A DNA stretch of 60,472 nt, counting the filler, from Sphacelaria rigidula (lineage: Eukaryota): assembly GCA_964200075.2 (NCBI GenBank). It is 9 parts of 9 records of this genome, joined end to end, with 100 filler letters (N's around TTAATTAATTAA, not from the genome) between each part and the next. Parts side by side here need not be neighbours in the genome. Positions count along the whole stretch, not along the records: positions 40,385 to 47,014 come from CAXNAA020018954.1; positions 47,115 to 53,743 come from CAXNAA020018955.1; positions 53,844 to 60,472 come from CAXNAA020018956.1; 6 more parts are not named here. One strand, given 5' to 3'. Below are positions 46,869 through 58,400 of the stretch, one piece after another. The notes under the pieces are model-generated. The model saw only the letters and a program-made list of their open reading frames with translations, did not search any database and was not told the DNA's origin. Within the stretch, counting starts at the first letter, position 1. Every line of letters begins with the position of its first letter. Both the position numbers and the translations under genes were made by a program.

Positions 46869-48108
46869 CTGTGTTGATGGCAACTACATTTCACGTAGAG
46901 GGGCACAAGAAGCAGCTGATAAAAAAAGGCTGTATTCGTCGGGGCGCGCCCGACGGGGGTGTACTCATGATCATGCATGCCATAGTCATCAGACCATTGA
47001 CCTCGCATCCCTACNNNNNNNNNNNNNNNNNNNNNNNNNNNNNNNNNNNNNNNNNNNNTTAATTAATTAANNNNNNNNNNNNNNNNNNNNNNNNNNNNNN
47101 NNNNNNNNNNNNNNCTTGGTGGGGGTCCGAGTGGCGGTGGGGGGGGTGCAGGTGCGTCAGTGTTCAACTGGCCTGCACTACCTTGCGGGCGGGCATGCTG
47201 GTTGACGGAGATCGGGTTCCTGTGCGTGCCTCCGGCTTCTTGTGCCGGGGCTCGGCGTGGTTCCCTTCCTGCGGCCCCTCCCTCTTTTGCTCCTACCGTT
47301 GCTCGAGCTCCTGATGTGCTGTGGGGGTGTTGGCCTTGGCTTTACGAAGCTGCTCCTCCTGCTGCTGCTGCTGCTCCCGATGTTGATGTGTTGTCCATTG
47401 TAAAATCGATCAAGTGCCAGGGACTCTTGTACTACTGAGACTGCTGGCGTGTCGCTGACTGGTCAACTGGTCTCGAGTGATACTGTCTGCTTCTTTGGTG
47501 CTCTTGCACCAGACCAGTCTCGCCCGCTTGAAAAGTACGCCAGAGTACATCCCTTATAATTCGTCATCCGCCAACACAAACCTCGTATTCATACTGAATA
47601 CACCCAGTAGCATTCTCTCATGTTCAACTGCTTTCTGTATACTGCACTCCAGCCTGATTACTGCTTGCATACCGTGCTGCATTACAGTCTGCTGTGTACT
47701 GGCGCATAATCGAAGTATCACGTGTACTGCAATGTTGGTACGTTCACGTTTCTGATGCTGCGGGCCAATGCGGGCCAATGACATTACTTTTGTTTTTTCG
47801 TTTCTACAGATTGTTTGTTGAGCATGCTCCCCTACCCCCCCGGCGTGATCAATCTTGGATTCATAGGTTACTTTGGGAAGCCTTGTGCATATACTGTTTG
47901 AAGAGCGTGCATGGTTCCCCGCATACAAACATGTAGAGGAAACACGTTGAGCAAGAATGTACTGTTCAAAATTTCCATGCCTCCCCCGCGGGTTCATCAA
48001 TAAGTATTGCATCACAGTATAGTATAGCTTGACGAGCTTGTATGATTTGCATTGGGTGCAGTTGAATTGATTTAGTTCTGGTGAGCCAGCAAAATATAGC
48101 GCTACTAC

Positions 48109-48345
48109 GTGTGTGAGTTGTCGTCCCATCCATTCTGGATGCCAGTCTACACCTGTCGGTATATGTGGATGCACCAGCCGGAGTCAGACAGGAGGAGGGT
48201 CAACACAGGATTTGTTTTTGTTCCTTCTGTTTGTTTTTAGCACTAAACCTTCTGCGATGGTAGTTTATATTTTTTAATGGGAGGGAATGTGAGCGTAGTC
48301 CCTTCCCCTCGTTGACCGTTGGGGCGGATTTTGTTGTACCCACGA
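48109..48345 (-). mobile_element. SINE family A, 5'-truncated and diverged copy
   Basis: TTGTCGTCCCATCCATTCTGGATGCCAGTCTACACC..CACCAGCCGG..GTACCCACGA is colinear with 20256-20480. Confidence 0.75.
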
Positions 48346-48744
48346 CATGATACTGTGAATTGTTCTTGACAAAAAATATATTTTTTGTTGAAGTGCGAGG
48401 AAAAGCGCACGGATTTATGGAGGAGGAACTTCGTATTTGATATGACGCATGTACAATGTTTTCGAATATTTTTCATTTTTTTTTATTCAAATACAACGGA
48501 CGACTTATTTCTGCGACTATTTTCCACCGCACGCGTGCCCTGCCCCCGGTGCTGCGAGCCAATCTTTATGGCGGGGCAACTGCTTTCGAACCCAGGCAGA
48601 TGTGCACAACAATGACGAAGCCCGAACCGCGACACCGCAAGAACCAAACCGAAGCAGCGACCGCGGCTTGGGCGACGACAACGTAACCGCTTGGGGGACT
48701 AAGCAGAAGTCAGGGCGCAGGGACCAAACACGCTTTGGCATTTA

Positions 48745-50820
48745 GGTTTTTATTTTATTTTGATTTCTTTGGGAGTTTGGATTTGATTCGGAATACTTTC
48801 GTCTTGAAGTTTGCAGCAACGTGACATGCCGACCATGTGAAACGTCCTGTGGTTCAATTTTTGTTTGTTTTTATTTTTGTTCCCACGAAGTACTACCGTA
48901 GGTTGGTTGTGATTTTTTTTAACTTGATCCTTTACATGACTGCAATGATTTTGGAATTATCGAGAAAGAAAATAATGGGGGGGGATTTGACTATTTGCTT
49001 CAATGACTATCTTTTCGGGTAATTAAAAACGAAGAAAACTCATGTGATGGGGTTATCCACAGCGGATTATTTTGGGAGAAAAATCATATGATGGGGTGAT
49101 CCACGGCGGAGTACTTTGGATAATTTGATCCGTCGGTTATGAATTTTGAGAGGGAAATTGATATTTTGCGATCCGCGCTAAAATATTTTCGACAAAGTGA
49201 TTCGCCGGATCTGGATTTGGGGTTGTACATCTTCAATTGCGGAAAAAACATCGCGTGGATCCAGCCTTGAGTATACTTCCGAGATTGGAACGTTGTTCAG
49301 TCTTGGGTATCACTAACAATTGACTATCCACCCGCCGTTCAACATGCGGGACTGCCTATGCACCAGGATATTCACGAGAATCGACTCTGGGGTCATCGAT
49401 GTTATGTTTTCATGTACTACCTGGAAGCAATACTCCCTGCATATCAATATGTAATGTTGTATCAGGGGGGTGTTTAAATACGGAGCAATTTATGTATATT
49501 CTCTCAGGGTGTGGCATTTATTCAAGGAGTAATATCCGTCCTGATATATTTGGGGTGATAGTAATGTTTATCCAGAGTGCCTCCTAATTTGACCTCTTTG
49601 CATACACTTGGACTTTGGTGTACAGGGATTGATTATTTGGTGATAGAGAAAATATTTCAAGAGTGAGACGATGAGTTTGACGATTTGGGGAATTGATCGG
49701 GCCGGAAAACGAGCGAAATTTGCATCGAAGATCAGTAACTTGAAATGAAGTGGACTGATCAACCGCTAATTTTGGTTACAATATTTTCAGTGCTTACAGA
49801 GTTTGGTTTTATGTTCCGAGTTTCTCCCTGATAAGATATACGCAGTACAAGTCGTTGTGAAGTGAACGAATGTACTGGTACATGAATTTTATCTGGGTAT
49901 TCTAGGGTCTATGAAGTGAACAAGGTTCGAAAGAGATGTTTTTCGTGTTCTGACATGAAGGGATCCAAGCTTGGAGATGTTCACTGATGTGGGTTATTTC
50001 CACTATTCTAAACAGTTGACAGATGGTCGACATCAGGGAGGCTAATGATATTTTGAAAGTGACTTGAGTCTTGCTTTTGTAGGATACAGAGTGGTACTCC
50101 TAATAACAGAAGCAGGTATTGTGTTCTTATGTTGAGACAGATGGGAAATCTATATATTTTTGAATTCGAGCATACCTCTTCTAGTTTTAGGTATTTGAAT
50201 TTGAATTTTGTTCTCGAACTCGAGGGGAAGTGGTACACACACCACTACAGCAAGTTTTCATTATGCGTACTATTTCGAGGAGTCATGTTATTGTTCAGTA
50301 GAATGATATCACGGTCACTGGACATGTTGACTGTAGACACTTGTCTGATGTAGACGGTGTTGTAGACGGTATGTCGAATCGAATTTCACATAAACAGCAT
50401 CTTGTTACCATGAGAATAGTACTTTTTTTGACAGATTCGAGTATTGGAAGGTTGAGTGTGTTTCTCGAATGCCATCATGGTAACCGCGGAGTATGAAGAG
50501 GGTGTCCACTGTGCATTTACGTGTGATTTTTGGTTGTTCTAAGGAAGATTGATACACGTGTATCTTTTTGTTTCGTGCTGACTGACGCAAATAATTGTTG
50601 AATTGGAGCATGAGTAGGATACAAAGGACTGATATTATTCTGGATTTGAGCTTTCGATTGCTTAAGTAGACGAGTTTGTGACGTCTGTGGGTGGCTGGAA
50701 AGGTTTTTTCCTGACGGGATCGGGTTTTTTTTTTCAGTTTTTGGTAATATAGCGTTGGATGTTGGATTCATGTTTGGAAGAATATGAAATATTTTTCCCG
50801 TTTCAGAATGAGGCACTATG
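48745..50820 (-). mobile_element. Very old LINE RT/3' region (tentative)
   Basis: Minus-strand relics in RT order: SNAILPKTEKKNP (I.K..K), NMSSDRDIILL..LL*WC (YADD region), LLGVPL (YLG), with an A-rich tail at ~48745-48765. Heavily mutated. Confidence 0.35.
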
Positions 50821-50863
50821 TATTCAGGATAAACTGTGAGTCCTAGACCCTGAGCATGAAGGC

Positions 50864-51386
50864 TAATCGACTATACTTTCGCTCCAGGATTGTAACTGTA
50901 CATCTGCCTCGATCCAAGAGAAATGGATAGTAAGATTGGATCATGACATACAGGGGAAGTACGAATAAGAGACTAGTTCTGTTATTTGAGGTATACCCGA
51001 TGTAGTGCTTGCAGTACATGTCCACTGGGGGCACATTCTTTTTCGCGTGGCGAAAAGATGGGATTATGACGTGTTATTTTGTATGAACGATTTCCCGCCC
51101 CACTGTATTCAGTAAGCGTAAGTGCGCGGCGTGCCGAGCGGAGTGTATACATGGGGTTTTTACATTGTACATGGAGAGTATCATAATCCCATATTTTCGC
51201 CACGCGAAAAAGCATGTGTCCCTAGTGGGTATGTACTGCGAGCACTACATCGGATATACCTCAAATAACAGAACCAGTCTCTTATTCGTGCTTCCCCTGT
51301 ATGTCATGATCCAATCTTAGTGTCCATTTCCCTTCGATCGAAGCAGATGTACAGTTACAATCCTGGAGCGTAAGTATATTCGATTA
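50864..51386. mobile_element. ~520 bp foldback/MITE with ~205 bp TIRs
   Basis: 50864-51069 is the near-perfect reverse complement of ~51181-51386 (CGCTCCAGGATTGTAACTGTACATCTG / CAGATGTACAGTTACAATCCTGGAGCG). Confidence 0.92.
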
Positions 51387-51568
51387 TATCCCCACACCAC
51401 TGCATGCCATCCTGCGCTACCGTGAGTTTCCTACAAACGTGCTTGTCCATTTCGCGTTTGTCTTCCCCACGCCCCTTGAGCTCCGCACGTTCGTCTGCGC
51501 TGCTGGCTTCCCGTCGGACGTCAGACGTGTACGCCATCTTGCTCGTGAGTTCTCGGTAGAGTATCATA

Positions 51569-51705
51569 TACTTACCTGGCGGGGCATGTATCGCCTATAA
51601 CTCTCATGGTCGGCCCTGTTTCAGCTGCTGATCCAGCATGGGTCAACAGTCAGAACAAGGCCAGCCGTGACCATTATAGGCGATACACTCTCCGCCAGGT
51701 CAGTA
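51569..51705. mobile_element. ~137 bp inverted-repeat element (MITE-like)
   Basis: TACTTACCTGGCGGGGCATGTATCGCCTATAA / TTATAGGCGATACACTCTCCGCCAGGTCAGTA. Confidence 0.75.
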
Positions 51706-52249
51706 CTTGATACTTCAAGGAGAATGCGCGAGACACATGGCGGACATGTCTGAATTCCGGTGGAAAGCGAGCAACGCCGACGAACACGCGGAGCTGAAGA
51801 GGCGAAGCGACAAGCACTACGGCGAGACGCAGACAACACCGGGTAGCAAGAGCTACGGAAGCACAACGGAGCGAGCCCATCGCTAGCGATCAGGCTACTC
51901 TTCGCACAGGTGACCTCAGGGTTCATTCAGACATAGAAAATGGACTCCGAAAACCAAGTAGACGACATCATCATCAAGATTCAAGACGCCGACCCAGACG
52001 CGGCAAAGAAGATACTATTAGAATACGCGCAGGAGCAAGTGAAAGAGCAACAAGAGCTGCGTTAGCAAAGTCAAGTACAGAACAAGGAACCAAGCCTGGG
52101 AGCGCGCACGTCAGCCATAAAAGCGACGGCCCCCCAGCAGCGCATTTCACCGTAGACTAGACCAGTTCAAGACGAACGTCTGCGCACGCAGAATCAAGCC
52201 CAGATCGGACAGTCTGGCACACCAAGGGTACAGTTTCACGACAGCGAGG

Positions 52250-52312
52250 ATAACAACAACAAAATCAACAACAACAACAACAACGACGACGACGACGACG
52301 ACGACGACGACT
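52250..52312. repeat. (AAC)n(GAC)n compound microsatellite
   Basis: Seen directly. It lies within a stop-interrupted reading frame starting MDSENQVDDIII at ~51940. Confidence 0.9.
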
Positions 52313-53060
52313 ACAAGCAAGACAGCAACAACGGCAACACGGACGGCAGGAGCAGCAGCAGCAAGGCTGACACGATGGACAATCTTGGAAAAGGTCGGCG
52401 AAACAGCGATGCGATTTTGGGCTTGGACCATTCTTTCGATCGCGGGAAAAGCGCAGGAGGTGGTGGTCGTACAACAGCAGCAGCTAGGGGGTGCCGTACA
52501 TCGGGGCCTTGAAAAGAGCCAAAGGCACGTGTTGTACCCATCCACCATTGATGTAGAGTGTTACATGTGTACGAGGTGAATTCGCGCGTGAAGTGTTCGA
52601 TCACATGAGTCATCATTTTTTTTTATCGAGATGGAGTTTTTCGAAAATACTTCGATTCGTGTTTGTTTTCATTCAAGCATCACGCCCTGATCACTCTGTA
52701 GTGAGACGGAGCGCAAGTGTGATTTTGGAGTGTTTAGTGTGTGCCCTACTTTGGTTCTTATCTGTTTGAGACTTTGATTTTTCCCTTCTCCATTGCAGAA
52801 ATGATATGATCCCCATAACTGTTATAGGGGTGTTATCTACCGTTATGAAAGTGCGGAACACGTCACGTAAGTACATGTGTTGATTCTCGCGTCTGCACTG
52901 TGTTGTAATACACTGCACTGATCTGTAGGGTATGGCACTCGACCATTCTACCCTATTGGCCTGCGTTGTACTGTACACGATCTTCTCCATTTGTTTTGCA
53001 GTCGGTCCCCCCGAAGAAGCAACGCAAGCGCAAATGATTGGGTACATGTCTTTTTGCATA

Positions 53061-53340
53061 TAGGGGTGTTATATTCCGTTATCTACAGTAGAAGTTGAAC
53101 TTACATTTTTGACTCGAAGATTCATGTTGCAAGCTTGCAGTCGGATTGTTTTTGTCTGCAATATATTGCCCTTCCCTTTCATACCTTGTTTTTTCGATCT
53201 CTGTTATGCTCTGCCCATCTATGCAGTATTTTTTATTCATGTATGCCCCGAGGGTATGGCTGTGATTTCATATTTCGTCGTGTAGGGGTGTTATATTCCG
53301 TCATCTACGGTAGTTGAACTTACATTTTTGACTCGAGATG
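53061..53340 (+). repeat. ~58 bp direct repeat, ~222 bp apart
   Basis: TAGGGGTGTTATATTCCGT.ATCTAC.GTAG..TTGAACTTACATTTTTGACTCGA at 53061 and 53283, with a partial third copy at ~52825. Confidence 0.8.
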
Positions 53341-53901
53341 ACTTATACGAGAGATCTTGCGTTATACAGACAGTACAGTAGTCGGTCCCATATTCCCGAC
53401 ATGTAGAGCCATTCGATGAAGCACTCCACGTGTTACTTTGTGACCGCAACCACTTGTGTTCTAAACTGTATGGATTGACAATCAGGACTTCAACTGATCG
53501 CGATATGCAGTACAGGAGGGCAAGGTCACCTTGGCTGGTGGTATGAGATGCGGTTGATTCTGTGTTCTCAGACATTGAGCGCTAACAAAGCACGCTGAGC
53601 ACGCCGATTGCAAGCAGAAACGGAATTTCAAAGTGTTGTAATGAGTGATACCACTTTGCTTTTGGGTCAAGAATTATGGATTATTTGGGATGTAGAAAAT
53701 ACGTGAAACTAACACGAACAAAACTGCGAGACAAAAAAAAAGCNNNNNNNNNNNNNNNNNNNNNNNNNNNNNNNNNNNNNNNNNNNNTTAATTAATTAAN
53801 NNNNNNNNNNNNNNNNNNNNNNNNNNNNNNNNNNNNNNNNNNNGCAGAAGCGTATAGTTGTCTTTTGTTGTCTCATTCATATCAGACCGCTCATGGGTAG
53901 G

Positions 53902-53908
<7 letters not shown>

Positions 53909-53942
<34 letters not shown>
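53909..53942. repeat. (CA)n microsatellite
   Basis: Seen directly. Confidence 0.95.
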
Positions 53943-53944
<2 letters not shown>

Positions 53945-54239
53945 CGGGGCGAGAGATGTGGAGGTGCATCATCGTCGACTCCTTCTCGAGCTACGGCAAA
54001 CATCTCTTGTTTCATCCCGCAGAAACGTACCGTATACCACAAGATAACTCCCCGTCGTTTCCGGATCATTCGAGAACAAAAATGAGAACGACCAACACTT
54101 TCAAGAACATTCCGAGAATCGGTCCGAACCGTCGTTCTAGAGTACAATTCCTGGAAATCACCAGTACCGTTCCCCATCGGTTAATCCACCACATTTTCCT
54201 CCGATAGGCTCGTCAGAGTATCCTGGATCTTACATTTAC

Positions 54240-54435
54240 CATGAGTGATATCATGCGATAAATACCCCCAGCCTGCTGCGCAGCAAGTACAGTTTCGAGA
54301 TCGTGCGTCTCTTCCGTCTGGCATCCAGATACAGAAACGATGGGCGGCTGACCTGGCTGCTGCTGGTTCTCCTCCCCCCTCTCCTCTTTCTCCCCGGCTG
54401 GTATGAGGTTCAACCCAGGCACCGGCTTGTCAGGC
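54240..54435 (-). CDS. Probable isolated internal exon of an unidentified gene
   Basis: Pyrimidine-rich acceptor ..CCCTTACAG, open frame PDKPVPGLNLIPAGEKEE..RMISLM and donor GTAAAT. No family recognised. Confidence 0.35.
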
Positions 54436-55489
54436 CTGTAAGGGTGTCAAGTTGGAAAAAAAGAGGATGGCAACGAGGCATCAACATGAGCGTACAACAA
54501 TGATTCAGGTGTGCCTTCCTTTGAGTGAAATGAAAAAATAATTTTCAAGTACGCATATCGCACCTCGCTTTTATCTTATATGCGGGAGGCGGTGCTCACG
54601 CCAGCAACGGCCTTGTCGTAGACTCCACTTGAGTTGACATGAACATCATACCGATGATGGTCACACGTGAGAGACAGGAGTGGAGCGGACGTGGTAAACC
54701 TGGTGAGTGGAATCAGGTAACCAACCCACCTGGAGCTCCCGCGTGCCAAATCCAAACTACAGTTGAGTTACCTCACCTGGTATCCTTTGGCAGCACAATG
54801 AAGATAATCTAAAAGTTCCTACCAATCCATACATAACAAGGTTTTCGTGAGATTGAGAGATGGGTGCGGATTGAGAGTGGCTTTGATAATTCTGTGATAT
54901 GATGTGACTGCAGGACGTAGCCATGATCTTGGGCAAAGGTGACATTGAACGATGGACATTTTCATATTCAAATAGCGGAAAATTCGCTGCCCCTTGGGTT
55001 GACGTTCTACGGAGAGCATGTATTTGAACTCGAAAAAAAGGTAATGACCCAACCATGGCATGTATTGAAGAGCTCGGCTCTTGGATTTTATGGTATAACC
55101 TCAGATTATGATGATTATGGGGCGGCGAAACACGTTTGAGCTGTAAACAGTTCCCACGAGCCTCACTTTCTTCTCATTTCCGGTTTTTGGCTGCAATTCA
55201 ACAGTTCCCCATTGGAGTACCTACAAACCGCGAGAAAGTGAGTCCCAGAGATAAGAGCAGTAGTGGGGCTGCTGTTTTGTCTGGTGTGTTTTATTGATCG
55301 AGGCTTGGGCTTGTTTCGGTTTGTGTTGTATTTGCCTGTTCTGTAGATAAAGCTTGGATGCAATCAACTGCGTGAAAAAACGGTGCTACTCTTGTCTGCA
55401 TTTGCTTGTTGTCCCCTTGTGTGAAATGCACGAGAGCGACTGTGGTCAGCCCGCGCTACTGAGCTGAGTAAACAAACACGCACAAGCCG

Positions 55490-58400
55490 CATGTTCCCTC
55501 ACCTTCGGTAATGGCGGTTACGCCGCTTTCACCCTCCTTCTCAGACTCATCAGTTCATCCCTGGACACCACCCACGAAGGCGAGTCACTCGAACGCCTAC
55601 TATCGTTTAAGGTACCCGTCGACATCCCTTTTGACCAGTACCTCAAGGAATTTCGCACTTTGATTTCGGTTACGGTAAACGGTGGCAGCGAACCTGTCCC
55701 ATCACAAGAAATGGTGATGAGTCTTTTCCGTTCCAAAATGGGAAGCCAATAACCTACCTTCATACCGACCGTTTTTGTCGGTACCGCAGCTACTTCACCG
55801 GTCCCGTTTCCAACCTTGGACGCTATGTGGACGAAATTGGATGAATCCGGTCCAACCGCACTCCGGCATTAGATGTGACGGATGCAAAATAGAGTGGCTC
55901 CTCCGCAATTCACAACGGCCCCTCTGTACGGAACAGCCACAATACTTCCGCCACCCTTTTGCCTCACCCGGTTGCCGCCCCCCCTGCGTTTTACTCCCAA
56001 CCACCACCTTCTAAAACAAACCAACGCCCATGGATTCCTGCATCCATGGCCTCTACTGGGGAGGTCATGTTCGCACACACCCCAGACGCATTCAGCAGTC
56101 GTTTTCCAAGCTGGCCCTTCGCGACGGAAATTTGGCCGGAAGTGTTTCAAGTAAGCACTTCGATTAACACAACGGACCCCCGCCCTCTGGGCCAGTAACG
56201 GAGATCCTAACCTTCGATCAGATGTAATTCGCCACTGCAAAGATCACTGCCTGAACTGTGGCACTTGGTTCAATCCTCAAACGGGGTACTCCGGAGATGG
56301 TCAAGTTCCAACGCACTCGATGCGCCAATGCGAAGCCCCGTTCACAAACGCGTTTGGCGTACTCAACCCCATGTTCTCCGAGCCCCAGTTTTATCACTTT
56401 TGGCCAACTTGGCAAGCACGTATGCGGTCTTACCGTCGCCCTCAACCCAGCGGCGCCCGCAATTCATACCAACGCCCCCGGCGCGGCAATCGCCACTATA
56501 ATGGTGACCCTCGCGCCCCCCCTCAATACCAATATTCCTATTATCACGCTCAGCCCGCTAACGCGGCCCCCTGCCACGTACCCCCCGCCTATTCTGGCGC
56601 TTTTCAACCGCCAAACCAGACTCAACACCCAAGTACTCCTAGCCCCCCCACGAACACATCTACTGCCCCGAACACAGCCCGCCAGAATAGGACCCACGAC
56701 TCTACCGATGCCAAACGTACGACCTGACGGTGTTTGGAAAACGCACAACACCCCGCGTTTCCAAATCACCGACGGGGTACTTCTACGTGTGTGACCGCTT
56801 GTAACACTTCGCCGTCACCCTCTTTTCATGTTGATAACACTTCTACTTCAAACCTCATTGTCGACCACAGGTCCACAGTCGGGCCCCAACAACCTTCAAC
56901 AACAAACCGCGGCAATATATTTTCTTTCACTCAGCCAGTGCACCATCACCACTTAACAAAATCTTCGTCGGCCAGCGTGGGTTCTCGCTTGTGGTGTGGG
57001 TACGCTAGCGTTGATCGTTCTGTCATGACAGGTTCCATGACAGCACAGTCCCGTGCAACATTGCATGGCTCCCAAATGCGCAATGACCAACCCCAGTGTT
57101 TTCATACTGGATCTGATCACCCAGTTGTATTTCCGAGTGGTAGTAACCAATGCCAGTTGGATCCGATCGCCCCGCGGAATCGGCAGTTGTGTAGCGTAGC
57201 GCCTACCGCCTTAGAAGCAGGTACATCTTCTGATACGGTAGCTGTTACCCCTACGATCGTTCATCGTAGGATGAAACGTTTACAGAGACTCCGCAGCCCC
57301 GAGAAGGACTCAGGGGTCCAGTCGAACGCGGTAACACATGCGTGCGAAATTCCGCGTGTGCCCGGTCCCCTTTTATTTGGTGAGCGTAATTTTTCGTGCA
57401 CTACGCGCGCCAGTGCCGAACCCTTGCTTTCCGTAGCTCAGCTGGTTGGAAAGGAACCCCAAGCGACAGTGCTGACCAAGCGCCACACGTGTAGCCACGA
57501 ACGGACTGACCTTGCCAACTTCCCCAAAGCCTCTGGAACAGCCGGCTCTAGAGTGCGCTATACGCGACATCAGGAGCGGGCTCTTCCGGATGAAACTGAA
57601 AATATACCTGTAGTTGCCGCTGCATCCGCCCACCAAGAACGTGCCCGGGTGCCGGGCACAGCGGATGAAAGCCTTGTCGTAGAACAGGTCGGTATTTCCC
57701 AGATCCCGAACAGATCAGCACCGCTTCCTGCCGACCCCTCGGAATCTATGTTGAAGAGTAAAGTAGCGTTGGCAGCTGTTGGGACAGTAAAACCGCTACG
57801 CCCTGCATGTATGTCTCATGGTGCCGGACAACCCCCGGCTGTGCCGTCAAAATTGCAGTCCGATCAGGACTGTTTCTCCCCTGTTTTTCATAGCTCCAAA
57901 CAATTATTGCAAACATCCACATCCACTTCCGTTCCTAGGCGTCGTCCATCCCTGACTGTGTACGAAATGCAACTTTCGTCTACCGCACCACATGCCCTAC
58001 AACACCCCCCGTGCCATGATGGCCCTTCGGAAAACACATTCGTTCCGGAGGATCAACCTCGAGCCTGTGTTAGTACCATTGACCAACAACACAAGAGCGA
58101 TGTGGTTGCAGATCAACTGTCGGAATTTGCACCGGACTTGGTCAGTGGAAGTGCACTCATGGATGGCGCCTCCTTCACAACCCGAATAGGTATACATAGT
58201 GGAGTGCATGCAACACGCCCTGTGATGGCCGTTGCCCTGCCCCACACTGGCTCGCCACAAGCTTTCATCACAGCCAGCTGCTGGCAACACATGACGAACG
58301 CTGGAGCAGCAGACAAACACTGCCTTTCTACTGTTCCCCCTCGTGGTTTTGGCGGGTTTGGTGCCTCCACCCCCCTTACGGTTGATCAATCAGTAAGACT

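Noticed and set aside
47554..48174. 206 aa minus-strand ORF
   Set aside because: It begins inside a SINE copy and has no recognisable motif.
51568..51730. U1 snRNA gene (starts ATACTTACCTGG)
   Set aside because: No U1 loop I (GATCAC/GATCAT-GAAG), loop II TGCACT or Sm site follows. The match is one arm of an inverted repeat.
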